DNA of 64,000 nucleotides. It comes from Heterodontus francisci (lineage: Eukaryota). The stretch's first letter is position 1. The number at the start of each line of letters is the position of its first letter. The position numbers and the translations under genes were made by a program. Location of the stretch: the NCBI RefSeq assembly GCF_036365525.1, contig NC_090371.1, positions 258,964,545 through 259,028,544 of the forward strand, in the 5' to 3' direction. The notes beneath the pieces are model-generated. The model was not told the DNA's origin, did not search any database, and saw only the letters and a program-made list of their open reading frames with translations. Below are positions 1 through 12,615 of this stretch, one piece after another.

Positions 1-622
1 CCTTCCAGTGACAGGCACCTTGTTGGCCATTGGCTATTCATGTCCACCTGGCCCACTGGGTACGAGGTCTTTTTCCAGGAGGATACAGATGTCAGCAGCG
101 ACCTGCCTTGAGAGTCTGTGCTCGTACATGTTGAGAGGGCTGATCCTCTGCCTGTAGACCCTGTGTTGGGGGTCTCACCTCCTTCCAGCTGTATCTTGGT
201 GTCCATCCCATCTGCCCCGTGGGAGAGCATGCAGTTGAGGAGAAGGTAGTTGGTCCTGTTACTGGTGTTGCTCCTGCTGCTGCTGGAACTGTTGTTGGTG
301 GCCTGGGCTCTGCTCCCGACCCTCAGCAGAAGTGAATGGTGGAACTGCATAAGTTGCTCCCATGTCATACTGAAGGCTAGCAGCAGGGCAGTGCAGCTGA
401 AGATGACTGCAGTGCTAGACAGGTGAAGTGCTTTCCAAGAAGTTGGCAATCATCTGTCAAGCAGTGAAAGCATTCACTGAGGGAAGAAGTGCTTTAAACA
501 GTAGTCCATGGGACATGGCTGGAGGTGGAGTGGGTCCAAGAGGGAACAGTCTGTGAATTACCCGAGGTAGGGGTGGATCCAAAAGGGACCAGACTGTGAA
601 TTACCTCTGGAGTAGGGGTGGA

Positions 623-3147
623 CCTCATCGTCACAAGGTGAGCCTCTTTAAACAGCGTTCAAATCACACGCAGCTTCCACAGTGCGGACTGCGACATAAA
701 CCACTCCCTGGTGTGCAGCAAGGTTAGATTCAAACCAAAGACGCTGCATCACTCCAAGCAGAAAGGCCGCCTGCGCATCAACACTAGCAGAATTTCTTAT
801 CCACAGCTGTTACATAAGTTTCTAAATTCACTTGAAAAAGCCCTTCAAACACTCCTACAGGGGATGCAGAGACCAAGTGGGCCCACATCAGAGACGCCAT
901 CAATGACTCAGCTATGACCACCTATGGCAAACATGTGAAGCAGAATGCAGACGGGTTTCAATCTCACTTTGAAGAGCTGGAACCTGTCATAGCCGCTTAA
1001 CACACTGCACTGTTGAACTACAAGAAAACCCCCAGCAAGTTCACATCCGTAGCACTTAAAGCAGCCAGAAGCACTGCACAAAGAACAGTCAGGCGCTGCG
1101 CAAATGACTACTGGCAACACCTATGCAGTCATATTCAGCTGGCTTCCGACACCGGAAATATCAGAGGAATGTATGATGGCATTAAGAGAGCTTTTGGGCC
1201 AACCATCAAGAAGATCTGCCCCCTGAAATCTAAATCAGGGGACACAATCACTGACCAACGCAAGCAAATGGACCGCTGGCTGGAGCACTACCTAGAACTG
1301 TATTCCAGGGAGAATGTTATCACTGAGACCGCCCTCAACGCAGCCCAGTCTCTGCCAGTCATGGATGAGCTGGATGTACAGCCAACAAAATCAGAACTCA
1401 GAGATGCTATTGATTCTCTAACCAGCGGAAAAGCCCCTGGGTAGGACGGCATTACCCCGAAATAATCAAGAGTGCCAAGCCTGCTATACTCTCAGCACTC
1501 TATGCACTGCTTTGCCTGTGCTGGGACGAGGAAACAGTACCACAGGACATGCGCGATGCCAATATCATCACCCTCTATAAGAACAAGGGTGACCGCGGTG
1601 ACTGCAACAACTACCGTAGAATCTCCCTGCTCAGCTCGAGTCGCTTTAAACAGGCTCCAGAAGCTGGCTGAGTGTGTCTATCCTGAGGCACAGAGTGGCT
1701 TTCGAGCAGTGAGATCCACCATTGACATGCTGTTCTCCCTTCACCAGCTACAGGAGAAATGCCGCAAACAACAGATGCCCCTCTATGTTGCTTTCATTGA
1801 TCTCACCAAAGCCTTTGACCTCATCAGCAGACATGGTCTCTTCAGACTACTAGAAAAGATCGGATGTCCACCAAAGCTAATAAGTATCATCACCTCATTC
1901 CATGACAATATGAAAGGCACAATTCAGCATAGCAGCGCCTCATCAGGCCCCTTTCCTATCCTGAGTGGTGTGAAACAGGGCTGTGTTCTCGCACCTACAC
2001 TGTTTGGGATCATCTTCTCCCTGCTGCTCTCACATGCGTTCAAGTCTTCAGAAGAAGGGATTCTCCACCACACAAGATCAGGTGGCAGGTTGTTCAACCT
2101 TGCCTGTCTATGAGCGAAGACCAAAGTACGGAAAGTCCTCATCAGGAAACTCCTCTTTACTTACAATGCTGCATTAACATCTCACACTGAAGAGTGTCTG
2201 CAGAGACTCATCGACAGGATTGCGGCTGCCTGCAATGAATTTGGTCTAACCATCAGCCTGAAGAAAACGAATATCATGGGACAGGACATCAGAAATGCTC
2301 CATCCATCAATATCAGCGACCGCACTCTGGAAGTGGTTCAAGAGTTCACCTACCTAGTCTCAACTATCACCAGTAACCTGTCTCTAGATGCAGAATTAAA
2401 CAAGCACATGGGAAAGGCTTCCACTGCTATGTCCAGACTGGCCAAGAGAGTGTGGGAATATGGCGCACTGACACGGAACACAAAAGTCCGAGTGTATCAA
2501 GCCTGTGTCCTCAGTACCTTGTTCTACGGCAGCGAGGTCTGGACAACGTATATCAGCCAAGAGAGACGCCTCAATTCATTCCATCTTCGCTGCCTCCGGA
2601 GAATCCTTGGCATCAGGTGGCAGGACCGTATCTCCAACGCAGAAGTTCTTGAGGCGGCCACCATCCCCAGCATATACACCCTACTGAGCCAGCGGCGCTT
2701 GAGATGGCTTGACCATGTGAGCTGCATGGAAGATGGCAGAATTCCCAAAGACACATTGTACAGCGAGCTCGTCACTGGTATCAGACCCACCGGCTGTCCA
2801 TGTCTCCGCTTTAAAGACGTTTGCAAACCGACATGAAGTCCTGTGACATTGATCACAAGTCACGGGAGTCAGTTGCCAGCGATCACCAGAGCTGGCGGGC
2901 AGCCATAAAGGTGGGGCTAAAGTGTGGCGAGTCGAAGAGACTTAGCAGTTGGCAGGAAAAAAGACAGAAGCGCAAGGGGAGAGCCAACTGTGTAACAGCC
3001 CCGACAACCAATTTGATCTGCAGCACCTGTGGAAGAGTCTGTCACTCTAGAATTGGCCTTTATAGTCACTCCAGCCACTGCTTCACAAACCACTGACCAC
3101 CTCCAAGCACTTACCCATTGTCTCTCGAGACAAAGAGACCAAAGAAG
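623..3147 (+). mobile_element. RTE-clade LINE, 5'-truncated and disrupted (end of APE, RT, C-terminal C2H2)
   Basis: Fragments FIDLTKAFD, GVKQGCVLAPTLF, FTYL, RRLRWL and CSTCGRVCHSRIGLYSH spread over several frames; GAA-like tail; 9-bp TSD AGGGGTGGA at 614-622 and 3148-3156. Confidence 0.95.
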
Positions 3148-3458
3148 AGGGGTGGATCCAAAAGGGACCAGTTTATGAAGCAAAAAAGTGGATGCAGACA
3201 TCTACATTCAGGCTAGGATCAAGCCTTCCCAACTTGTAAGTTTCACTTGTAAGACATTAATGACTTTACTAAAAATTAGCTTTATGTTAAAGGTTGACCA
3301 ACAACACCATCCTGTGATGAACTGTGGACAGTGCTGAGAACATCCTGTTCTCAGCCTTTTAAATTTAATTTAAATTTAAATTTAAAACTTGATGACCTAT
3401 AGTATTCTGTAGAAATCATGTTTTCCCACACAGTGCTATCAAATTGAACAAAGCCATT

Positions 3459-4139
3459 GGACTAAATTTTACGGCACCCTAGCGGGTCGGATGGTGGCGT
3501 GGGGGCAGATGGGGGAAGCGTAAAACTGAGCAGGAGGCTCCGGGAGGCCTTCCCACCCCACTCCCACCTCCGGCCAACTTTACAGCGGTCGGGCACTGGT
3601 GGGCGGGGGGGCCGGGGAGGTGGAATGGCCCACCTGCACAAGGCCAATCAAGGCCCTTAAGTGGCCAGCGATAGCTGCCGGCCTTTCCGCGTGCCGGGGG
3701 GGGGGTGCCATGGCAGTCGGGCATGGGGTGCCAGATTGAGGGTCGCCCTCAACTCCCAGCCCACCTCCAGCACCCAAGATGCCCCCCCTCCCCCAAACGA
3801 CCACCCTAGCCTCACCAGGGCACGACCGATCCCCCCTGGTGAGGCATGCCCAACTTACCTTCACTCCTGGCTCCATGTCGTCGTCTGGGCTGCAATCCCA
3901 GCAGTGGCCACTGCTCCTGGTGGCACGGCTGGGACTAAGAGCTGCCAGCCTGCTGATTGGCCGGCAGCTCACTGAGGTGGGAACTCCTCCCTCAGGTGGG
4001 TGGAAGTCCCGCCTCGGGACAAATAAAGCCCAGGGACCCATAAAATGCGGGACGGATGCCCAGACTAGGCAGAAGCAGGTTCGCCACTGATTTTTATGTC
4101 AGTGGCAAATTCCCGACTGCCTAAGGTAAAATCCAGCCC
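3459..4139. mobile_element. Harbinger-type MITE inserted in the 5' LTR
   Basis: TIRs GGACTAAATTTT / AAAATCCAGCCC; 3-bp flanks ATT/ATG; absent from the corresponding position of the 3' LTR. Confidence 0.85.
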
Positions 4140-4790
4140 ATGGTGTTCGGAGATGAAACATTTGTGTTTGAAATATGTTAGCAGACATTGAGAATTAACG
4201 AGTTTTGAACACTTCAGATAAGACACAAACTCGTTTGGAAGAATGCCAGGTGAACATCGGAGGGGAAGGAACCACCACAAGCATCCCCCAAACTGATGGA
4301 AACTGACTGAAGGATGAAGGAAGTTTAAAGAAGATTGGCAGTGCTAGGGCAATCTTTTTCAAACAAAGGGGTCAGCATGTGATAGGATATTTTGACCTAA
4401 AACAAATACTAATTGGGCTACAAACCACTGTCAGTGTAATATCTTGTCCCTCCTAGAATTAGCGTAAATAAGAAACTGTTAAAGAAACTGCAGTTTTGCA
4501 ACTGTAGGGAAGGAGTGACTTGGTCAGTCACTAGAGAATTACAATCAATGTGTAGTTGACTGGTGTCAGGTGATTGAAGGTATTTCGCTTGCTTCATATT
4601 TTAACAATTTATTGTTCGTGACAAATAGTCATCCATAGTAGAGTATAAGTTTGTGTTGCATGTTTCGATATATTTTGAGTGAACCTAAAAAAAGTTGCAT
4701 AATTAATCTAGAAGTTTGAGTGTCTTCCAATATTTCCTGTAATTCTCATGTCTGAACCAGACTAAGTAGATTAAGAAATTCTACAGGTAA

Positions 4791-4808
4791 TGGCAACCCA
4801 GATGGGAC
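4791..4808 (+). promoter_or_regulatory. Primer binding site complementary to tRNA-Arg(CCG)
   Basis: TGGCAACCCAGATGGGAC versus the recalled vertebrate tRNA-Arg(CCG) 3'-end complement TGGCGACCCAGATGGGAC (one CpG-type change); 5 nt downstream of the LTR end. Confidence 0.8.
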
Positions 4809-7800
4809 ACGGGCAAGGAATGATGGCGGAATCAAATCTTAAGGGAAAATCTATGGACAAATTGGTTACTAAATATATTGCAGCAAATTACATCTGGAGG
4901 TTGGGTGGGTCCAAGAGGGACCAGTCTGTGAATTACCCCTGAAGTAGGGGTGGATCCAAAAGGGACCAGTCTATGAAGCAGAAAAGTGGATACAGACATC
5001 CACATGCAGGCTAGGAATGGTGCCAGACGAAGGAACCTGGATATCATCAGACGAAATGAAGGAAAAGAGTCAGGTGGAGAGTCAGAAAGGGGTCTGCCTG
5101 GTAATAACTGACCTCTACCTGAACCTCCACCTGAAAAAGGAAATAAGTTAAAAAGGCCCAAAACAAAAGTTAAAACTGCTGTGAGTAAAGAATAGGTGAC
5201 ATGTTCTGTTTTTAAGGGAAAAGCACTGGATTTAGTTTTCAATATCTGTGTATGAGAGTAGATGGAACTTTTCTAACCTGCGAATGAAAGTCTGTCTTTA
5301 AAAAGAATTGTCTGTGTGTTAACGGTATAAAACCTTGTCTGCAGAGCTAAAAGTCATTAACCCTTTGTAGTCTTGCTGTCAATGTTGGAAGCATAAGTTC
5401 GTTACTTGAAACAAGTTGAATATTTAGTTTTGCAACTGTGAAAGGCACTGAAGAGTTTAGTTGATAAGAGTAAAGCTTCAGATTTGAAGATGTCTGGCAG
5501 AAATCCAATTTGAACTTTTCAAAGTACTTTGCCTTAATTGTACCAGAGTTTTAAAAAAATCTGCTATTGCTTTTTTTGCAGTGTAAGTTAAAGACACATC
5601 TTTCTAAATGAGAAAAAGTAGCAAACATCAGAATTTGAAAATTGGCTTAAGGGAAAAAAAGGATAAATAAAGGAGATATGGGCAAGATTCTGTCCCCTTT
5701 TCTACTGTTAAAGACTGCAAGATTGCAATGTTGTCCATTTAAGAAGCTGTGGGAAGCTTCACCCTTTTTAACTGTTTTTGGTGTAATAATGTTGAAGGTT
5801 TTACTTAACTGTGAAAGCAAACTTTTTCTATAGTTTTATTTTTCTTCAGTTTTGTTACAGATATTTGGAAGGCTTCTGAAGAAAGTACAAGAAAAATAAT
5901 GTGATTTACATTTTCTATTTGAAACATGTGATATTGTGTCCTTTGTTTAGTTCGTAAGTGTTTGTCTGAATTAAATTGTAATTATTAAAGATAATTAACA
6001 TGTTAAGTTGTGAAAACCTCACTTCCATTGTGGCCACAGTGAAGTTCTGGTTATTATGTCAAGGTATGTGTGGGGGTCTTTAGATCCGGACTTAAGACAT
6101 TCATATATAAAATTGGCAGTTTTGAATTTTAAATATTTAATGGGGTGAATTGGAATTGGGGATACTTGAAGGGATCCTGATTGTTTAATCATCTTGGTGG
6201 TACCAAAAAAGAAATCTTGGATTGGAAACCTCTTATAAAAAGATGCCAAAAAGTTTGGAAACCATTGGAGTTTAATCAAAAATGCTGAGTTCTCTGCCAA
6301 GAATGCTTTTCCTTTGAAATGATATTGTTACGAATGATTTTTGTTGTTTTCAATTCTCAAGGATTAAAAAAAACTACTGTAAGTTTAAAAAGATACTAAA
6401 ACTTGGGAAGACTGTTTAAAATAGCTTTTGGTTCATCTTCGATCAGGAAGAAAAAAAAAGTTAGGTAAAGAGATGCAGTTGCGTGCATTTGAGAATTCTT
6501 GCTCTACCCTGTTGCAAACAAGCAGAGAAGTTAACCTTTCCTCTGACAGCTGTTTTTTTTTGGTCACCACACAATCACTTTTGTATTGCTGAATGTGAAT
6601 TTATATATTGGGCATTATTAAATTTTAAGTTTTGAAATTGACAGATATGATTGGATAAATTAACCCATTGGGTTCTTGGGCAGAGCCACAATGGATTCTT
6701 TGTGGGTTTTTTTTAACAGGTTACGTTGGATTCCAGGACCACATGAGAACTGATACCGCCGCAAGAGCTTTAGCACTTTTCAGATTTTAAGAACTTATCT
6801 GCAGACAACAAATGTCACAGCATGGGTGACAATTTGAACTAAAGGCTTTGCCTTTTAAAGACTTGACATTAACCCATTCAGGCCATTTGTTATCTTATGA
6901 GACAAAGTGCTCGAAAAGTGGAGATATGGGAGCCACGTCTATTTATGATTGCGAGCACTGTTGTCTCTGATGCAAAAACACCATGTAAAACCACCAACCC
7001 TGGACATCATTGTTTCTGAGATTGGAATTAATGCAATAAATTGATAGGAGTTGGTATTTCAAGCACTCAAAGGGAAATTTACATGAAGTTTAAGGGATAA
7101 TCAGATTTCTATTGAAAAAGAAACTATAAACTGAAAAGCAGTTTAGGTGGTTCCTGAGTATCAAAAATAGGATTCTTTTGGGGAGAAAAAAATTGAATAC
7201 TGACAAAACCAACAACACTGCTATTTGAATTTAGGATAAGTTTGAAATGATAAAATGTCAGGCACAATATAACGGACTATTTTTTTCAAAAAAGGTCATC
7301 TAAAATAAAGAATAGAGAGACAAAATGTGTTTATAACTGGGACCAGGTGGGAATGTTTATTTTCTGCTTTTAAAAATTATGATAATATTGCATTGGACAG
7401 TAAAGTACTTCCAGTGCTCATAAATGAGGTAGAATGGTAACTACTGTGATGTGTAAAATTGACTGAGAAGAAATGATTGAGGAGAGGAGATAGAGACAGG
7501 AAAAAACACACCATCAAATAGAAATTGTAAAAATCATCAGGGTGCAGCAAAATGGAATATATCAATCTGGTATTAATATACATCCTAGTGAAAGAAAACT
7601 GTAGATGAGACTAGTACATTGTTAACTTTCTGTTGGAGATGTTTGTATCCTTGCCTATGAACTTTTTAAGAGAACTGCATTTGATAGTCTGGCCACGATC
7701 CAAGGCAGTGGGACCATACAGGGGGAGATAAGCAAAGATCTTAGATAGACACCCCCCTTAATCTTTTGATAAGATTACCTGAAAGCCCAAGAATGGCTTG

Positions 7801-9071
7801 TATCGGCTCCACACGTGGCATGATATTGGGATACTAGTGTAAGTGTGCAGACGTGATTCGTTAGTGAAGTAACTAACATGTGAAAATGCATGTTGAATCT
7901 GTACTGAAGAATTGATCTCAGACATAGTCAGTTACTTGACAAACAGCACAATGTGAAATGGTTAATATGGCCAGTAGAATGAGACAATCTTTTTAATTCC
8001 TCAAGGAACACATACTCCATAGAAAAACTGACTTTAAAACAATCAGGATAGAATTTTACACACTGCTAATGGTCAGAAGGAGTAAAATTAAAATAAAAGG
8101 GATATAGAGTTTGGATTGGGACAAGTGAAGGCTAGGAAGAAGTAGTAATTAGTAAGATATTAGTAAGTTGGATATGGGTGAAGAGAGAGCTGAAGAATCT
8201 TTTAAGTCCATACTTGATCTGTTTCTTGAAGCACATGCACTTACATGGTCATATCTTAGAATTGGTGGCCCTTGTTGGGGTACTTGGGGGGGTGTGGGGA
8301 GGGTCCTCCAGTATATTCACTAGCTGTTTGTTATGATAAGCACTTAATTAGGAAATGTGTCTGTTAGAATGCTGCTAATTCATATAGGTCGATATTGCTG
8401 TAGAAGATGAGTTAAAAGAACAATTACACCAGTATGTGATAAGAATAGTAGTCATCTATTGCTTATTGTGGTACTGATCTGGTATGACAAAAGAGAAAGG
8501 GAAAGCAGAAACCACTGTTAAAAAAGTGGCAGAGGGCTGACTGAGAATGAATCTTAGCAGTGTTTCAGTGGATTAAAAAAAATTTACATAGACACATGAG
8601 AGGGAACTGTAAGGCAGTAGTAGCTTTACTAAAAATTAACTTTATGCTAAAGGTTCACTAAATCACTGTCATGACCTGTGATGAACTGTGGACAGTGCTG
8701 AAAACATTCTGTTTTCAGCCTTTTAAAGTTAAAATGTGATGAACAATAGTATTCTGTAGTAATCATGTTTTCCCAGACAGTGCTATCAAATTAAACAAAG
8801 CCATAGTGCTCAGAGATGAAACATCTGTGTTTGAAATGTGGTAGCAGACTATGAGAATTAACGAGTTTTGACCACATCAGATAAGACACAGATGCTTTTG
8901 GAAGAATGCCAATGCAGCCGAATCCAGCTGAACATTGGAGTGGAAGGAACCACAAGCACCCACCAACCTGAAGGATGAAGGAAGATTAAAGAAGATTGGC
9001 ACTGCCAGGGTGGGCTTTTTCAAAATAGTGACAGGATGTTTTAGCTAAAACAAATATTACTTGAGCTATAA

Positions 9072-9734
9072 GTAGGACCCAACCAAATTTACTGCCGTGA
9101 AAAATGTGTCACAAACCATGAAATCTCGGGTTCTCCGTGAAATTGCCCATTTTGCAAACTACGCGCATTTTATTCTTTGACACAAGACTCACCTCACTGA
9201 TTGCTGGGCATGTTGCGAACATCACGCGTTTTAGTGATTGACACAAGGCTCAACTCGCTGATTGGTAGGTAAGAGAGGCTGTCCGGTGCTGTTTGGAGAG
9301 AAGCAGTCTCAAGTATTAGCAGACAAGTGAGAATGCCAGAATGAGCAAATCAAAAATGGCCACTACCATTACTGCAGCACATCTGATGAAAGAATTTGGA
9401 AGCCAAATTCTGGATGCCAATGTTGGAATGCTGTTTTGTACAAGCTACAATGTTTCATTGGGTCACACATGGCAACAGTTTAGCGCCACTTAGAGTCTAA
9501 AAGCCATTGCGGTAAAAAGAGAGCATCTGACACCGCACTGCTGGAAAAGGAACGCGCAAAAAAACAAGCAACAATTTCATCTCTTTCTAAAAAGACAACA
9601 GAGAGCTCAGAAAATCGTCAATTGGTTACCATGGAACGTGCGGATGCTTTTACAAGCGTCAACATACCATTGGTAAAAATCGGTCACCCAAAACTGCAAG
9701 CATTCATTCAACCTACTGTGCAAAATGGTGGCTG
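9072..9734 (+). mobile_element. 5' part of a hAT transposon with a CGGBP1-like transposase N-terminus (ATG at 9341, frameshifted)
   Basis: Translates as ...KEFGSQILDANVGMLFCTSYNVSL...HLESKSH...KKQ...NIPLVKIGHPKLQAFIQPTVQNGG, which parallels CGGBP1 (LFCTSCNV, HLKSKTH, NIPLEKADHP, VKNGG); TAGG-type terminus. Confidence 0.8.
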
Positions 9735-9769
9735 CAGGCAACAAGAAGGAAACCCAGGAGATGGCAGGC

Positions 9770-10005
9770 CAAGAAAAATCTTCAAAGACCCTCCCCTTCT
9801 CAGAGGCAGTGATGGAAGTCATGGTTGAGGCAGTCGGCAGGAAATGGGATGTTCCCTTTCTGCCAAGCTGCAGGTAATATCCAGCAGAGCTGCTTGGCAG
9901 CTGTGAACAAAGGTGGCAGAGCATGTCAGCACTGGGAAAATTGACCCAGGAAACGGCTGCAATATGGGAATATGCTCAATGAACTGACGAAGGCTCTTAA
10001 GGTAA
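9770..10005 (+). pseudogene. Decayed Myb/SANT-like exon, probably from a Harbinger transposon
   Basis: FSEAVMEVMVEAVGRKWDVPF ... L*TKVAEHVS ... LNELTKALK followed by GTAA; contains stops and frameshifts. Confidence 0.6.
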
Positions 10006-10126
10006 CACTCCTAAATTATATCTTGCTTCACCCTTTGTATAATACTGTACTACCTGAACTCCCAGATTCACAATCCTTCCCTCCTCCAACTGCCAGCACT
10101 GTCCTCCCACCTTCACCTGATAACAG

Positions 10127-11144
10127 TGTTATGCTCATGTGATGAGCAGCAATTGAAATACAGAACCCAAGTTAAAGAGTTATAAAAAAATTGATTTTTA
10201 CTTTAAAAAGTGGACAATGTGTTGCAAGTTGATCACCAACAGTTAAATCACCTGGCACTGTATATTCAAACTGTCTTACTGTCTGATAAGGACAAAAGGA
10301 TACATTCCAAGCTAAGAGGTGTCAATTATACCCATTCTGAACCTATCAAGAGACATTTTTGAATCAAATGGGTTTTTCTGAAACAAAAAAGGTGTAAGGT
10401 AGCCACATCCTGGGCCATTGTGGGTCACCACAGGGAGGTGTCTCCCTATGTCTCCCAACAGAGGCAACATGTGAGGAATTTTTGACCTTAAAAAGTAGCC
10501 CTCTGGAGAGAGGAAGGGATCAGAACAAACATCATGAAAGCCTGCCCAGCTAAGAGATCCAGCAAAAGCCAAAGAAGGTGCCCTGCTGTGAATTCTACAC
10601 TTCAACTTGTGCAGCAGAGAACTGAAAGTGATCCCCTACCTCCAGATTGAAGTCTCAGCTACCAGAGAAATCTACAAACAATCCAGTCCTACAACTTTAA
10701 AAGAGAAATTGACCCTGAGAAGATTCAACAGGTTTATCTTGAACCCCGAAAACCTACCTAACTTCAAACCACTTACCCCATTTCCTCCCTATTTATCTTT
10801 TCTTGTGTGTGAGAGTGAGTGCGTGTGTGTGTGCGGTTGCGACAATTTGGGGAATGAATATTGCTCAATAAATAGTTAATCTTCTGTTTTAAACCTACAA
10901 GAAAATCTGTTGCTGTCTGTTTATTTGATAAATAAAACACAAAGCGGTAAAAACCCTAGTAACAAGAACATTGCTGCAACAAAAACAAGAAATGCTGGAA
11001 TCACTGAGGAGGTCTGGCAGCATCTGTGGAAAGAGAAGCAGAGTTAACGTTTCGGGTCAGTGACCCTTCTTCGGAACATTGCTGCAGTCATTTGGGAGTT
11101 GAACAGTGGGAACCACCTTCACCTCTTACCACTTGACCATAACA
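10127..11144 (+). mobile_element. Solo LTR
   Basis: TGTTATG...CATAACA termini; 4-bp TSD ACAG/ATAG; AATAAA near 10868 after a GT-rich run. Confidence 0.8.
10979..11073 (-). mobile_element. About 95-bp Penelope pseudo-LTR mini-insertion containing a hammerhead motif
   Basis: Near-identical to part of 48417-48608; 13-bp TSD GAACATTGCTGCA at 10966-10978 and 11074-11086. Confidence 0.85.
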
Positions 11145-11497
11145 ATAGCACCCCCATCACTCCCTTCACCCGATCACAGCCTGACTCCCATCCCCCTTGT
11201 CACAGTCAGCCTTCTTCTTCCCCGAATGCAGCTAAACACTAGCCCCTGCACAACCCCTCCAATTACCTCTACCACTGAGTGCCAAGTCTCATTCCCACAG
11301 TTACTGCTTTCTGATTTAACACATCTTTTTATTCTTCACAGGATTGAGGCTGAGTTTCAATATGGGAGTTTGGTCCTTCACCCTCGTGTTTTAATACTAA
11401 GAAAAGGAAAATAGTTTGAGTATTTATGCATATAAATATATTTTCATGTACATGTGCAGATCTATGTTTATGCATATATGTAGATGTATATATATGG

Positions 11498-12473
11498 TGC
11501 CATGGTTTTGTGTTTTTTTTCGGGAATATGCCATTTGCTTTTAAGACTTGAAAAGGATCAGTATTGCTTTAAGAACCAGCAAGCTTCAGGAGTTAAAGGA
11601 AGATGCATTTTTGTTGCCTTAGAAGCAGCCATTTGGAGACTGCAATTCAAAGGGTGCATTCTCGTTACCATAGATACAGCCACTGGGAGTGAGTATTAAG
11701 TGATACATTTGTTACAATTCAATTTTGAACTGGCTTTTTAGTTGAAGACAGTTTGTTCTAACAGAACACAGACACAGAGGACACACAGACAGCTGTTGTG
11801 GTAGCATCTGAAAAAGAGCTTTCAACCATTTAAACTGAAGGAATAGGATTTTAGTCTGTTTAATTATTATCTCTCCAAATTCTAAAAAAAAGTCAAGCCA
11901 AAACAGAGATCTCTGCTAATTTGAACTGAAGGAAGGGAAGTTAGACTGCGACAATCTTTTATCCCTCAAAAACTGTAAAGTCAGATTGATTCTATTGAAA
12001 GTGTTTGCAAGTCGTTAATTGTTAAAGTTCACTGGAGAAGGAAAGCATCACCTACTGCTGGAGTTAGACTATGGACTGTTCTACTGTGGAAGAACCTTTT
12101 TTCTGCATCCGATGACTGTGAGGACTTCAAGCAACATTCTGTGAGGGCATCAAGCAACATTGGACTGTAAATTTGCAAGGACTCTAATTTTTTCTATTTT
12201 AAATGTTGTTTATATCTTCATAGTGTTTAAGAATTTAGTTCTTCTAATTAAAGAGTTAAATTTTTGATTTAAAGACACCTGGTTTGGTGAGCCTCATTTG
12301 GGGGTTAATAGATGGTACAATTTGGCTGGGTCTTTCTTGAATTTGGAAAGTTTTAAATGATACGTTGGGCGATCTGTGGAGTGACGGGATTGAATTAACA
12401 GTGCGTTTCTCCCACCACAATCAGAATCGTATATTTTGATTGGGGGCTTTGACATGAGCGGTCAGTTGTAACA
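11498..12473 (+). mobile_element. Solo LTR, possibly deleted near its 5' end
   Basis: TG...GTTGTAACA termini with ATGG on both sides; inserted in a TA/TG-rich tract. Confidence 0.65.
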
Positions 12474-12479
12474 ATGGGC

Positions 12480-12615
12480 ATATAATATATCTCCATTTGT
12501 CTATCTGTATATGTGCATGCGTGTGTGTATATTTGTGTATACATATGTACGTGCTTTTACATGTGTGTACATTGTATGCATGCATACATACAGCAATATG
12601 TGTGAGTATTTATGT
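12480..12615. repeat. Degenerate (TA/TG)n microsatellite-like tract
   Basis: Alternating purine-pyrimidine low-complexity sequence, also present at about 11425-11495 on the other side of the LTR. Confidence 0.7.

Larger units (their letters stand above)
3248..9071 (+). mobile_element. Non-coding LTR retroelement (ERV-like or non-autonomous): 5' LTR 3248-4785, internal region 4786-8607, truncated 3' LTR 8608-~9071
   Basis: Both LTR copies start TGTAAG and align by eye; the 5' LTR ends in CA; PBS at 4791-4808; purine tract GAGAGGGAAC just before 8608; no long internal ORF. Confidence 0.85.

Noticed and set aside
1-519. Possible Harbinger-derived or coding remnant
   Set aside because: No diagnostic motif or long ORF could be read; left unassigned.
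520-622. Roughly 41-bp repeat units resembling a CRISPR array
   Set aside because: Units are tandem with no unique spacers, there are no cas genes, and the context is eukaryotic.
3462-4090. Overlapping Pro/Gly/Arg-rich ORFs (also 16142-16646 and 58683-59656)
   Set aside because: They come from GC-rich MITE sequence and have no recognisable domain.
9622-9828. ORF reading through the hAT-Myb junction as a possible fusion gene
   Set aside because: The Myb-like codons are in a different frame, and both parts carry frameshifts or stops.
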